Shown: positions 1 through 13,629, counted from the first letter of the whole stretch. The stretch is 63,667 nt of DNA, filler included, from Reticulomyxa filosa (GCA_000512085.1; 25 parts of 25 records of this genome joined end to end with filler, not necessarily neighbours in it); one strand, 5' to 3'. Notes: generated by a model from the sequence alone, not told the origin. Made by a program: numbers and translations.

Positions 1-79
1 TACAAATATATGTATACGTATATTTGAATATGTGTACATACAATAATGTGCAAGTTCGTGACTTTCTTTTTTTTTCAAA

Positions 80-657
80 GATATACCATATAAAAAATGA
101 AGGTACATTAGCGAGGGCGACATTCCCGGGATTGAAAATGTTGACATTATCCTCATTTCTAATAATTTGTTCCACTTGTGCTGTCTATTTTAGTCGTGAT
201 TGGATTGCCGGCATTTATACCGACGTCAGACACCTTTTGTCCAACGTGTTGAGTCTGTGCATTATGATGGGCGGACTGGTGTGTTCGACGGACTCTCACG
301 AAACACTCCCGCACTTGTCCTCAGCATTTAGGGACTCTACTTTCATTTGACGACATACTTTGCCTTTTATGCGCCTACTCATATTCGAAATGGACTTCCA
401 TCTCTCCTGTCGGAGTCATTTGGCTGGCCGGGATCACCTCACATCTTGCAATTGCCATTGACAATTGGGGATGCATTCTTAGAATCAATTGGGAGGAAGA
501 AGTTAAGAGTGCCAAAAATCGGAGTGCTGTTTTGTTGGAGGAAGAAGAGAAAGAAAAGTTGGATTTCGAGTTGTCAAACACTGTCAGTATTAATGCGGGT
601 CAATCAAAAGATGACAAAGAAGATAGCACACAGTCATTGACCCACAAAATCTATTGA
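80..657 (+). pseudogene. MATE (multidrug and toxic compound extrusion) transporter C-terminal part, frameshifted
   Basis: Three consecutive frames give ..VYFSRDWIAGIYTD.., ..YFAFYAP.. and GVIWLAG..ILRINWEEEVKSAKNR..KIY*. These resemble the last TM helices and the W-E-E-E-x-x-x-A tail of eukaryotic MATEs. Confidence 0.6.
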
Positions 658-1439
658 TTTGATTCGATCTTTAATAGAAAGCGAAATGACCCTATGAACG
701 AGAATTGGCTCCATTTCACTTGAGGAAATGTGACAATATGGGTCATTTATGTTACACAATCTTTACCTTTCGTCTGCTATGAGGTCTTGATTGTCCTCTT
801 AAGAACTTCCTCCCCAGATGCTCTTAAATACGTTTTCATTTTTTTTTTCTATCTTTTTTTCCCACATGTTTCTTCATTGGTCGTAGAGTTGCTTAACGTG
901 TACTGCTTTTTTGGAAAGGAGATTGTCTTTCCTGCTTTGTTTACAAGAGAATATCTTTTTAAAACTAGGCAATTGCTTTTCCTTATTGAATGTTTTATAT
1001 TGATCAAAAAAAGGAATATTTTTCAAGACATGAAAAAGAGTATCATTTCCTTAGATGTCCACACAATAAACCCAATATCATGATTTTTCGCTTTTTATAT
1101 GCTGTTAATTGTCTAAAAAAGAACAGTCAAAGCTAACCAAAAAACAGGGACTTTGAAAGCCTGAAAAAATTCATGAACTTTTTTAATATCAATAAAGCAA
1201 TGCTAAAAACAGATAACAGGGAGACCATTTATTTTCTACGATGTCTCTTCTACACTTACTGTACATCTTTTGATTTCCTGGTGTTTCTTGTCGGACGCAA
1301 GCCACAACATGTGGTAGTGGCTGTTGCTGTAAGGCAAAAGTTTAGGGCAAAGAGGAGAGAACAAGGAAAGTAAACAAAAAATCACGAAACAGCGTAACAT
1401 GAACAAACACACATGTCAACAAACTGAAACTGAGATATG

Positions 1440-4190
1440 GCATTTTACCTATGCGCAATAATGGTAAACAGCGTATTATGGAAACTGTCACCATTTTTAC
1501 AAAGCTTGTTGACAATGTTTATTTTAATTGGAATGTTGGTAATCCAATCTACTATTGCTTTTTTACAAAATTTCATAACTCTTTCGAGTCAATATCAACT
1601 AACAGAGTAGTCTTTCCAATAAATGATCTGTTTGGGGCTATTTCAAGTAGCTTTGGCTGGGGAATTGTTCACACACACATTGTTCTTTTACTTGCCAATC
1701 ATTTCCAAACCATTGGCACTAGCATTTATTTCCAATTCGGCAAATATTCCATGTCAGTGTAATTAGTAAAGCTGTTTATCTAGTTACTCTGATTTTTGTT
1801 CGATGACCATCGGTTTGGTTGTCATTTTTTAAACGGTTTTTACATTGTAATGATGGATCGGAATGGTTTACTTCTTTGTGGGTATGTCCTTTTTTTTTTT
1901 GCATGCCTAATCTAACTACTTTCCATTCGTTTGCATTGTATAGAGTGAATTCAAAAGAATATACGGTTGGAGGGTGTGTGGTTGCCTTGATAGAAGTTGT
2001 TTGGGCATGCCATTTAGTACACAAATCTATCCATGCGCATCATTCATCATAGTTTTTTGGAAAAAATTACTTTATTTACATGCCATATAATCAAATATAT
2101 TGCTACGTGAGGAAGATATTCACAAATACTTTTCTCAGGCGAAAAATTGAAAAACTACTTTGACTTGAAATTCTGTCAATGGCAGGCTGAAAGGCTTTTG
2201 TTTTATAAAGTTGGAAGGTTAGGTATTTTTGTTTGACCAAATTATGCAGCATAAGCGTTAAGAAAAAATTGAAGTGCATAAACCCTTTTTCTTTCCTATG
2301 TTTAAATAGACAAGTGGAAGTTCGCAGAAACAATGAAAATTGCAACACTACGAACAACAAAAGCCTCTCGTGACAATATTTATCGATAATTTTTTTGTGA
2401 TGTCACATACAAAAATTAATAGTTTGAAAAAGATGCAAAAAAGATTAGTATTTAACAGTCTCATGAGTATAGCTCAGAGATTATTGAGGAAACGCAAAGT
2501 TCCACCATTCAACGCCCTTGCACAATGAGTCTTAATCACAATACTTCAAACGTTGCGGGCTTTGAGTGGGAAATGCTGATTGAATGTAGTGTAGAATTTT
2601 CCTGTATTGTTCAGAATACAAAAAACAAGATATCCCCAAATTCACATTTATTGTTAATAGAAATACAGTTAAACATGGTTTATAATACATTTTGACTACG
2701 TGTTGGTGATTTAGTTTGGATCTGCGTTGAGGATCCCATCTGATCACGCCATGTGCCGGTGATCCAGTTTGGTCATATACTGGTGATGTTGTTCATTCAC
2801 TATTAGTTGAGAAGTCGATACTCCTGTAACTTCACGTGTTTCAGCTGCAAATCGCGGAGACAACCCTTTGGCCAGGTGTGGCTATATTCATTAATTCAAT
2901 GGCTCCATAATAATCAATCGCACTCCAAAGCACTCGGCGAGACAGGGATTTGAATAAGTAAAGCCATCTTGCCACGCACACTTTGTCCCAAATTGGATTG
3001 CAGCATGTCAATAAGGTCGGCGGATTGCTTGGCTCTATTGTGGAAAAATTAAACGTATCGCGAAGGCCCATCGTTAGTATGTGCTATAGTTGTCATCGAT
3101 TGATGTGATGTCAGTTTTATTGTTGGCGGTGTCAATACGCACACCTAATTTATTCGATGAAAGACAAACAACAACAAATTTGCATTAAATTGTCAAAGTG
3201 ATATCTATCCAAAGTATTCACTTTCAATCATTCATCGATAATGTCAATAAAATGCTCTTTTGTTTTTCTGAGCCATCCACATACAACTGAGTCAAACAAG
3301 TCTTCCATGTCTTGTTTCATAGCAAACGAAATATCATTCGCAACAAATAGATCATCGTTGGGTACTTCCATCGATCGAATAATGTCAACCAACATTTGCT
3401 TCCAACTTGCAACTCGAACTATAGTCGTTGATGTCCAATTGGTGAAGTTGCGGTCTTCAAGTTCGGATTGGAATCGGTCAAATATATTTCTACAGCAAGA
3501 ATTTTTGCTTCGAAAAGAGAAGATAGTATTGGAGCCTGAGCCTATACGTTTATTTTGAGGATGCGCGGATAGCTACTGCCCACGACAAAGATCACGTTAC
3601 CAACCATACAGCTCGCCCGACAAATGGGATTAAGCATTGGAATTTTGGTTAGTGAAGCAGTAGGATTTGTTGTTGGATCGGTGGGCGCCATCGATAGATT
3701 GGTGCTCAGAGTTGATATTGGAGAGAATTGTGGTATAAATGTCGGTGTTGTTATTGGAATTGGCACTGAGTCGGCGCTATTGTTGGTAACAATATCGGGA
3801 GCAATGGTCATTTGCACCTTTATTCAAGCAGTCGCGATAGCTACACGTCAAACGTCATACAGTCTGGTGATTGTTTAAGTCTACACAAATATAAAGACAA
3901 CAAAGTTAAACATTCACCGTTGGCGCAGCAACGAATTATAGTATAATGTGTCACAATGATTCCAACTTCCATAAGCGCACCAGATCTTGAGACCAACTTC
4001 ACTATAGACCAAAACAAACATATCTATTTCATTAATAAAAACACTCTTTCGTTGATTTATAACTATCTTTTTTAAAATACCAATGCCATTTGCTTCAACA
4101 CATACAATTTGGAACGGCGATTTGGCCTCCACATAAATAATATTATTTCCGTTGATCACCTGTGACAGATTTGTTACCACAATGTCAACT
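1440..4190 (-). pseudogene. Degenerate large extracellular protein gene with a Pro/Thr stalk followed by a decayed vWA-like domain
   Basis: ORF 3542-3817 has a PT-rich stalk (PTDPTTNPT) then GNVIFVVGSS, which resembles a vWA beta-1/MIDAS start. Further coding-like fragments continue on the minus strand with stops and shifts. Confidence 0.35.
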
Positions 4191-4278
4191 TGAAAACAAA
4201 CAAAAAAAAGAAGGATTTAGAGAGTGTTGGCTTAAAATGAAGCCATACATCTAAAGTTTTTAGAGTAGAGGATACACA

Positions 4279-4378
4279 NNNNNNNNNNNNNNNNNNNNNN
4301 NNNNNNNNNNNNNNNNNNNNNNTTAATTAATTAANNNNNNNNNNNNNNNNNNNNNNNNNNNNNNNNNNNNNNNNNNNN
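4279..4378. other. Artificial contig spacer (first of 24). The others start at 5978, 9211, 11321, 14773, 16627, 18420, 20900, 22043, 23800, 26209, 28962, 30927, 32194, 38263, 41004, 42362, 43709, 52621, 53951, 57958, 59220, 61303 and 62568
   Basis: Identical 44N-TTAATTAATTAA-44N block with stops in all six frames; the sequence on either side is unrelated. Confidence 0.99.
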
Positions 4379-5345
4379 TCCTAAGCTGAAACATTATAAC
4401 ATTTTATAATGCTTCAACTAATCAAGCGAAAATGACGGAATTGTAGTGATTTTTTGTCGATATTTCATAATACACAAAGGTAGGACAAAGTTGACAAAAA
4501 CAAGGTTTTTTTTTGCCTGGCTGACAAAAAAATGCGGACTGGTAATACTTAATGTAACGACTTTACTATTACGTTAAGTGACTTGTGACAGTAAGCTTTT
4601 TTGTTGCTGTGATTTCTAATTTCGTACTTTGTCTTGTTTAACGTGTTTAAAAGTTTCACTGGATCAAGAAAACGTTAAATATTAAACTGTTATAGTATTA
4701 GAATGACATACAAATAGTTTTAATATAGTATTGCAAAGAAAATAATAAAGGAAAGTAATGTATCTAAAAATAGGTTCTGTTTCACAAAACAAGTTCAAAA
4801 AAATTAAAAAAAGAATCACAACAAAAAGAAAATGACCCAAAAAAAAAACAGAATATCTGCATAGAAATTTCTTAAAAAAAGTCTCTCAGAATACACAAAA
4901 AAAAAATCAAAGTGAGAGTCCGCGGCACATAATTTTCTCTTTCTAAATAATGGTTGGAATTTTCGCGGTCATTGGATCAGTGAGGATAACAAAAACTTGC
5001 TTCGAAACATGTATAAAAGTATAAGATTCGTTTTTTCCGATATTGAAGAAATGAGCCTTTTCATCTTCAATCTCTAATTTTTTTGGTCGAAATAAATTAT
5101 CTGCTTGCAATTGTTCCAAAAAAGTTACAATCTCGATCCTGGGGTGTTATGCAGCAGAGATGGTTTTACAAATTTGTAAATGGCTTAAAAAATGAACAAG
5201 ATAACACTTGGAAACTTCTGACAATGACACACAGAAACCAGACATATGAAAAAGTAGTAACATCATGCTTACTCAATCCAAGACAAACTTAAATATACTT
5301 CAAAATGGCTTAAAAAAGCAAAACTGTACACACAAATAACGAAAA

Positions 5346-5977
5346 TCATTTTGAGTTTTTCAAAAAATTTTGAATGTCTTGTTGCAAAGCATAATCAGGA
5401 TAAAGCTCTAAAGTTCCATCGGTCATTAAAGAAGAATAATTTGAAATTTCTTGGTATCGATTCATAATTGATGATCGATCATATATTATTTGATTTAAAG
5501 CAATCACAGGGTCATTCATAATGGAATGTGGCAGTGGACATAAATATTTTTTTGGAATACCTTCTTGTGAAACATCATTATCAAAAATAATTACATCGAC
5601 TGGATATTTCTTGCAAAGTTGGACTAATGAATCATGAATAAGACAAGCATGAGAAAATGTTTCAAATATATCCATCAAATCTTTTTTTGACATTTTCAAT
5701 AAAGACGATCCATTGATTTTTTTTTTCTTCAATAATTGCATTGTATACTCCATTTTTTTTTCTAACTCACTCCATTTTTTTTTCTAACTCACTCCATTTT
5801 TTTTCTAACTCACTCCATTTTTTTTCTACCCAATTCTGATTATCTTTAATCAATTTTTGTAATGTATCATTGAATTTATTAAATCCTTTCAATACTTTGT
5901 TGTTAAAGTCATGGATTTGGTTGATTACAATTCTTTGTTGTTCTGTTTGTTGTTTTTGAATTAATATCTTCATTTCG
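5346..5977 (-). pseudogene. Coiled-coil + SAM + U-box protein (E3 ligase-like), 5'-truncated and frameshifted at a tandem repeat
   Basis: INGSSLLKMSKKDL (SAM-like) and IPKKYLCPL..IMNDPV....IYDRSSI..LYPDYALQQDIQNF (U-box); split between ORFs 5767-5973 and 5346-5753. Confidence 0.8.
5747..5828 (-). repeat. Four tandem 21-22 bp units ACTCCA(T8-9)CTAACTC encoding EKKWSEL
   Basis: Read directly; two units have T9 and two have T8. Confidence 0.9.
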
Positions 5978-6079
5978 NNNNNNNNNNNNNNNNNNNNNNN
6001 NNNNNNNNNNNNNNNNNNNNNTTAATTAATTAANNNNNNNNNNNNNNNNNNNNNNNNNNNNNNNNNNNNNNNNNNNNTA

Positions 6080-6442
6080 TTATCTGGATCAGATGATAAA
6101 AGTGTTCGTTTGTGGGATATTCGATCTGGTCAACAAATCCAAGTGTTCAATGGACATACACATTGGATTTGGTCTGTTGAATATTCACCATTTGTAATAA
6201 AGAATGGTATTGGTAATTCAAATGTGATATGTTCTGGATCAAGTGATAATACGATTCGTTTTTGGGATATTCGATCAAATAAGAATGAATTGTATATGAT
6301 CAATGGAGACCAGAAAGAAGATGATGGAATATTTTGTATTAAATTTATTGGATTGAAAAAGAAAAATGAGATAAAGAATGTCGAATATGATTTGAATTTG
6401 TGTTATGGTTCACGGAAGGGTCCTATTCATATTTGGGGATAA
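6080..6442 (+). CDS. WD40-repeat protein, C-terminal fragment
   Basis: LSGSDDKSVRLWD..GH..SGSSDNTIRFWD..GPIHIWG*; open from the contig start. Confidence 0.93.
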   Translation, partial: LSGSDDKSVRLWDIRSGQQIQVFNGHTHWIWSVEYSPFVIKNGIGNSNVICSGSSDNTIRFWDIRSNKNELYMINGDQKEDDGIFCIKFIGLKKKNEIKNVEYDLNLCYGSRKGPIHIWG

Positions 6443-6985
6443 TTTACTTTTTGTCGAATAAGAAATGAAAGTCTTTTTTTTTTAAGTTTGGTTGAAAGTA
6501 AAGTGATATTAAACTTGTTTGATTTATTTGAGCACACTGAAAAATGTGTTTTATCTTACTTTGTTTAAAAAAGTTGAAAAAACTGCGTTAAATCTTTTTT
6601 AAAGAATTGAAAAGCATAATAAATAAAAACTGCACTTTGAAAAGAATTAGATTGTATTTTTGTGATCTTATAAAACTTTATTTAAGTCAATATTGAATGT
6701 TAAAGAAATAATGAAAGAATGCATTTGAATCATGACAACAGAGTTGATAAGTTTCATTTGGCATTGCATGAACATAATTTTTATCAAATACTTATTCAAA
6801 ATTGAGTTTGATAAGATTAGGACGGATCATAGTTTAGATATATGTTAAACAAAACAATTTAATTTGATATAATACAAAATCCATTTAACACAGCACATTC
6901 AATTTTTTTAATTTAAATAAATATGTTATTTCATTGAATGATTGTAAGTGTTTTCCTTTTTTACATAAGCACAAATGAACTTAGC
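6443..6985 (+). repeat. 3' flank shared by WD40 paralogs (near-identical to 18696-19330; partial copies about 8935-9000 on + and about 53280-53440 on -)
   Basis: Colinear blocks, e.g. AAAACTGCACTTTGAAAAGAATT and ATCATGACAACAGAGTTGATAA, occur in both main copies. Confidence 0.85.
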
Positions 6986-7629
6986 AAATCAGTTGGCTAA
7001 TGAAGACAGTAATTTGTTTTGAGAATATATTGAAAATTATCGAACTATGAACAAATATTTGTAAATGTCTCCACTTTTTATGCTCAACTCTTTTTTTTTG
7101 TTCCACAATGGTATAATAAGCAAAGTGTGAATTGTGTACAACATTAAATGAACTTTCAAATATCTTAAATCTACATCCTGTTGAGAATAATTTTAATCAA
7201 TTTTTCTGTTCAAAAACGTGAAAAACTGGATATAATGTTTTTGTTTAGAATAATCTGTTTCGATGCAACGTCCCCTATTTCATGCCTTGAAACTACAAGT
7301 CCATAAACATATCATATTTTTTGTTTGCAAGGACTTCACAACTCGCATTGCCTTTGAAAGGACGCAATAAATCAGTTGGTAATCTCTGACACGTAAAATG
7401 TGATGTTGAAATGTAAATGTTTTCATTTAGATTAGATTTGTTGACAGCTTTATAGTAAAAAAACCATTTGTTTTCGAAAGTATCTTTTTGCATTGGTGCC
7501 GCCAATGCTGACCAAATAAAATCCTTTCAACATTTTAGACTTTTTTTGTTTGTCTGAAAATGTGGACGTTAGTTTCTTAAGATGATAAATTACCAATGTA
7601 ATTTTTTCTCCCTTTTTGTGTGGTGCATT

Positions 7630-7872
7630 TTGCTTTGAAAAAATCTGAACAATGCTTTAACAGAATTGAATGTTGCAATTAAACACACAAGAACAGATCA
7701 GTCATTTTATTTGTTTGATTTACAAACAAGTAGCAAGCAATTCAGTTGAAATCAATTGTTCTCAACACGAAGACATGGATAAAGCATAATTCTGAAGAGA
7801 ATTTTTAAAACAATTTCTTAACAGAATAACAATACATGTCCTGTTCAACCTCATAATGGTTGTCAGTATTAT
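7630..7872 (+). pseudogene. Remnant of the RING-like N-terminus of the TRAF/WD40 family
   Basis: HFICLIYKQVASNSVEINCSQHEDM...NNTCPVQPHNGCQY with shifts; paralog of 41687-42331. Confidence 0.75.
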
Positions 7873-8714
7873 TTAATCAAAAAAATAAAAAAATAAAAAA
7901 TGGTAAAAACTATTATTTGATATTTACAATTTCAAATGCTTTTTGGACTAATTGATTTCAAATCAAAATTAATATCAAATGGGCTTTTTTGATATTTGAA
8001 TTGAGACTTTTATATTCCATATATGAAGTATAATAATTTGTAAAATTACTATTTCTATTAGAAATTATGGTTTGTAACAAGTTAAGTTTCAGATATGCTA
8101 TATCCTTGTGTTTTCATTAGACGAGTTCATCAACTCGACATATATCAAATTGAGAAAGAAGTGAAAAGATTCAAATATGATTAAAGAATATCCATTTGTG
8201 TGTGGTATTGTTTTTTAAACAATACTTCCAGGTGAGCATTGTTTGAAAATGTAATAAAGGTATATTGTGTGTGATGATTATTCTGATAACAATTCAATTG
8301 TGACATCATTAGATAAGACATACTGCTTTTTCTTATCATTTAATTTTTGTGTTTTTAATATGTTGAGCAAAGATTTACTCTGCATTTGTGTCAATTTTTT
8401 TTTTAAAAAAATGTGTCATTTAATTGTCCTAATTGTCAATTTAATTATAAAAACAAAATTTTACTAAATAATTCAAAGGTTAATTGTATTGTGATTGACT
8501 GGTATGAATGATGCGTGTATTAGTCTGATTCATGATAAGATATCAAACTTTGTATGGTATAAAAAAAATGAGCAAATATCTCATCAGACTATCAAGTAAT
8601 AGAGTATATTTATGTATATCAATACATTTTCATAGAAATATTTTAAACAATAAGATTAGAAATGATCATGGCAATGTTAATATTTCCATAAAAAAAAAAT
8701 AAAAATAAACAATT

Positions 8715-8905
8715 GAATGTATTCAAAGGACATGAAAATTGTGTCAAATCAATTATTAAATACAATATTATTTGGATCAGATGATAACAATGTTTATTTG
8801 TGGGAATTAATGAAGAAGATATCGGAATATATTGTCTTAAATTTATTGAATTGAAAAAGAATGATACATATTATTTGAATTTGTATTACGGTTTACTTAA
8901 AGGTC
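8715..8905 (+). pseudogene. Decayed WD40 C-terminal remnant
   Basis: Fragments VFKGHENCV, GSDDNNVYLW and GIYCLKFIELKKND..LNLYYG match the 6080-6442 paralog. Confidence 0.65.
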
Positions 8906-8906
8906 A

Positions 8907-8932
8907 ACACACACACACACACACACACACAC
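8907..8932. repeat. (AC)13 microsatellite
   Basis: Read directly. Confidence 0.95.
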
Positions 8933-9353
8933 TAAAAGATGTGTTTTATCTTACTTTTATTATTTAAAAAATTTGAAAAAGCTGCGTTCAATGTCTTTTA
9001 AACATATCATTTATGAAATTTATGTTTAAGCAGTTTTAATGTTTCAAAATTGAATCATTCAAATTTTTACTCTTCAAACTCAACAAAACAATAATCAATT
9101 TAAATACATACCAAAGTCTATAAAAGTTGTATTAAATTACATCAAAGTTCCTTTTTTATTTTCAAAAACACTATTTTCAAAGTTTTTGTTGAAAATCTTT
9201 TTAAAAAAAANNNNNNNNNNNNNNNNNNNNNNNNNNNNNNNNNNNNNNNNNNNNTTAATTAATTAANNNNNNNNNNNNNNNNNNNNNNNNNNNNNNNNNN
9301 NNNNNNNNNNGGGGGGGGTGTTCTTTCATGCGTATACGTAGATAGCGGTCATA

Positions 9354-9745
9354 TCACTTTGAGTTACGTATAATTGCGGATCGGGGGGGGGACGTACTGA
9401 CGCCATCCGAAAATGCACGAAAACTCAAACAACTTGTTTGTGTTCGAGCGCGCCATGTGTTAATGTCACAAGGATAACTTAATGTGTTGTTGTGGAACAC
9501 TACGCAATATGCGAGTGTGGTCGCATTCGTCAACTCTTTCAGTTTATTCTCCACTAACAATTCCTCGTCATGTGCGTCCATTTGTATCCGTTTTCTGACA
9601 TCTTCACACACACGCCCAGTCTTCTGTCGAACAATTTTGCACTTGATTGCACTCAATGCAAGAGCCATTCGGCGGACATATGCTCATGACGCCAGTTGTT
9701 ACCAGTACCATCCACACAGCCAAAGTGCTACACCATAACACCCAC
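9354..9745 (-). CDS. Hypothetical protein fragment (short coiled-coil), possibly decayed
   Basis: 104-aa ORF with raised GC; no recognised motif. Confidence 0.25.
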
Positions 9746-10039
9746 CACAATGACACAGTTTTTTTCTTCATTTTCTTTTTGTTGGATATTCAATAGCTGC
9801 TTGTACTTTAAAAGATCATTGATTACAACATCAAAAAAACTTTTTTATTCTCAGGGCCCGTTCCGCTGTGTTTGTTTAGCTCGTTAGCGCATTATCAAGT
9901 CCAAGAAAAACTGACTTTTCAATTTTTATTTCCCAAAATTACTATAGTTTTTATTTATTTATTGCTAATTTATATTTCCACACACGCATTTGTTGAACTT
10001 TTTTCTCCCTCCTCCCCCTTCATGCTTGTTGCGTGATAA

Positions 10040-10630
10040 TCTTTTTTATATTCTACATATTAAAGAAGTTGAGATATTTGCACAACGCACTAACGTCTTA
10101 CTCAATTTCATGCTTACCTTGCTGTTCCTCCTGCTAACATGGCCTGACGGTCTGTCGGCGTCAGTGCCTAATCTGGCACTTTTTCTGAAGACGTTGCTGT
10201 TGGTACAAGGATACCAGATTTTTAAAAACGTGGGGGTTCAATAGAGACACTCATCCCGACAACATCTTGCTCATGCCCGATGAATATCTTTGGCCTATCG
10301 ACTACGGCCAGTTGAAGTACCTTTTGAAGGAGGAACTCACTCACTTAGCCAAACTGATCATTGCCATGATCGATCGCAACTCGGAATGTATTGTCGAAAA
10401 GGCCGATGAAATGGAGTTTCGATCCCCAAACACATAGATCATTATTTCATCAAAGTCATGATCACCATTGGATTTGATCACTTAGATAATGATATTCGGA
10501 AAGGCATGTCGATCGTGGATTTTTCCACTCTTTTGAAAAATCTTGATAAGCATGTCAAAGTCCCGGGCAATTATTACTTGGTTGAAAGAACCGTCTTCTT
10601 TTGCGAGGCTTGTCTCAGTTCGATTAGATC
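10040..10630 (+). pseudogene. ABC1/ADCK (UbiB-family) atypical kinase, C-terminal half, frameshifted
   Basis: Joined frames give LLLVQGYQIFK..FNRDTHPDNILLMPD..PIDYGQLKYL..LAKLIIAM, matching the family catalytic F-x-x-D-P-H-P-G-N and IDYG motifs. Confidence 0.8.
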
Positions 10631-11449
10631 TTCATGTATGGCTTGCTTTTTCCATTTAAATATCTTTAACTGTGATATCGAATTGATGTTCCTTTGTGAA
10701 GCTAATTTGTATTGTTTTTGCTGTTTTTCCAAATGGTGTGTCCTTTCTAAAACTCGATCAAATATTTTCTCGAGTTTCACTTGACCGTCAAACCAAAATT
10801 AAAATGCTTAGCTTATTTCAACTAATAATATGGCTCACTACTGAGATTTTATTTGTGGGTTTTTCATTTCCTAATTTAAAATTGACATATACTAGTTTTA
10901 ACTTTTCAGATGTATGATTGAACTATATTCAAAAACACTGATTTGCCAAAAATTAAACAAAATAAAAATTATATCCTTTATATTAAATAAAGTAAATATA
11001 CTCAATCCCTTTTTTATGATGTAGTTTAGTTTCAGTGCGTGAGAGCTAATCAATAAAAAAAATGGTATTGTCAGTTCTTGTTTATCTTGATACAGTTATA
11101 TGTTGGTGTAAAGACAATGAAGGAACCACTTGAAATTAAAGCACATAAGTGTCAAAATAAAACTGAACACGTTCATTTAATTGATTTCCATTTTTCATTA
11201 TATTTTCTTTGAAGATTGCATTGTAATTTCTTTTTTTCAAATACAAAACTCTTGTATTCTTGGTCTCTAAGCCAGTCATAAATCATACCATTATATCGTT
11301 TTAACCATTCTTTGCTTTCANNNNNNNNNNNNNNNNNNNNNNNNNNNNNNNNNNNNNNNNNNNNTTAATTAATTAANNNNNNNNNNNNNNNNNNNNNNNN
11401 NNNNNNNNNNNNNNNNNNNNAAAAAAAAAAAAAATACGCATACACGTTA

Positions 11450-11968
11450 ACCTGCACCCCTACGTTTTTATCGGTCAATAAATCACCCATTCGAAATTTA
11501 TGATGCTGCATCTTTTCTGATTGAATTACTAACACTTTTTTTTCAATAAGTCCTTTTTTCATATATATGTGTATATACATTTATATGTTTTCGTGTTCTG
11601 ATCCATAACAAAAAATAATGTACTTTTTTTTTGGAAAATTAGAAGTTTGGAAAACACTCTCAACTTTTAAATTCTTCTTGTCATCTTCTAGCGACGTAGG
11701 CGCGACGGAGGGACCGATACCAGGAGAAGAGCTGGTCGTTCCGGAAGTAGAAAGCGCTAGCTTTTAGGCTTACGTTTTATTTGAGGTTCTTGCTTCTTTT
11801 CTCCTTCTTTTCAATTTGGTCCAAAAATGTTTCAACATCAAAGTCTTTTGGTAATGCTGCAACTGCTGCCTCTTTTTGCTTTGACAAATTTAAAATAATG
11901 TCAATCAAGTCCTCTTTGCTCTTTGCAAAAAGCGATTCCACACTATGGTCCGCAATCGAAAATGACAT
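11450..11968 (-). CDS. Hypothetical multi-exon protein, 3'-truncated by the contig end
   Basis: ORF 11777-11992 plus downstream coding-like exons separated by TA-rich introns. Confidence 0.35.
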
Positions 11969-12764
11969 GATGCGTAATTGAGCCAAACACAAACTTTGGT
12001 CGTCAACACTTAAAGAACAAAAACAGTAAACAACTGCCCAGTGAAGAACAAATTGTTAATCTTTTTAAAGTTACAAATTGTTGAGTGTTACGGCTATCAA
12101 ACATCTATTTTTATCGGGCGCTAAAACGACCATAAGCGTTGAAGGAATAGGCTTGAATTAACTAGTTTATTGTCATCTTAAACGATGCAATGTGAAGTAG
12201 GCATGGGAAAATTAATTTATATTTCTTCTTTTTTATGCTGTGCATATCACAGTAAGTTGTACCCTTTTTACCTGTGTCATAACTGACCCACTCTAAAGTT
12301 TGTTAAATCTATTTTTTAACTTTTCTTTCAGTTAACTTCAGCCTCATATTTTGCAAAATAGATTTTAATAGTTTACAGTAACAGACATTTATACTTACAA
12401 ATGCTACTATTTCATTTGATAACAATTCATATCGTAACGTTCTTCTGACAAAACAGTTCGGTTGTGGGAATGGTGTCGAAGAGATACAATTATGTACAAG
12501 TTACAATGATTGTTTAAGATTTGCAGTTTTGCATATTATGTTATCCTTTAGACCAGTTTAAATTTGTGGCATTAGCATTAACGAATTAATTTTTCATCTG
12601 TCAAAAGTATTGTCAGAAACTTGAGTTGTTTTGTATGTAAAATTTACAAAAGACTTCTTTTAAATAAAACAAATTAACGTTTTTGCAAATTTTTAGTGTT
12701 CCAAAATATTTGATTGCTAAACAGTGGTTGCGGAAACAAGGGATATAATAAAAATTTAGTTGCC

Positions 12765-13629
12765 ATGACAGAAAAAAGACGTTTGAATGTGGCAACAACT
12801 TGGCTTATTATGTTACATTGGTGCCGAATGGAGAAAATAAGATCAAAACAACATGATATTCCAAAAGACCTCGCACAGATAGTTCACATGTTCGAGAAAA
12901 CGTACGAAACACAGTGGTCGACTACTTACAAAAATCAAAAATTTAACGTTTTGAGCCCGACAGAAGTACAAGGCAGTAGCGGAGTCGGTTTGATTCGGTG
13001 CCAGGACCATTTGCCATGGGGTCAGACATCGTGGTGGTATCTGCATCTCAAAGGTGATTACAATTTGGCGGACTTTTACGGAGTAATATCACAATTTTTA
13101 CCTCTATCAGAATATTTGACGGAGACACATCCATATAATATGAATAATGAGCAAAATTTAGATTGTTACGGTGTGCACATATTGTATCTTTCATCTTATG
13201 TAAAACATATAAACGGGGCAAGCAAGGAATTGAAATAACAAACTCTTAAATTTAAACAAAAAATTATAACAATATTAATGTGAAGGAATACTCCAGGATG
13301 AGAAGGAGATTGTTGTCAATAATCATTCTGACATAATCAATGACACGACATGGTATCAGCCAAAGTTAAAAGAAGAAGATGTACTAAAATTTGAATGTGA
13401 CTTGACAAATCCTGACGCACCGACTTTGACTGTAATCCTCGTTGATCGATTTGAGTCAACGGAACCACTTGGCTCCAAATTTGGATTTCAAAACTCTCCA
13501 CATACTATTTCTTTGCCCACAGATAAAAAGTATACTTGGTACCCTTGCATCGGGACATATTCCGAATGTGTTATCACTATTGCATTTGAAAATATTTTGA
13601 AAAGTGTGGAAAAAAGATTAGATTTTTAA
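12765..13629 (+). CDS. SPRY/B30.2-like domain protein; two exons (12765-13170, 13286-13629)
   Basis: GT-AG intron 13171-13285 joins the two ORFs in frame (CY-G-ILQD); beta-rich SWWYLHL..FYGVIS..LKFECDLT..TWYPCIG pattern. Confidence 0.6.

Noticed and set aside
730-1373. Short hydrophobic ORFs (also 8267-8467, 35069-35266, 56548-56930 and similar)
   Set aside because: Phe/Ile/Lys-rich products expected by chance from T- or A-rich non-coding DNA
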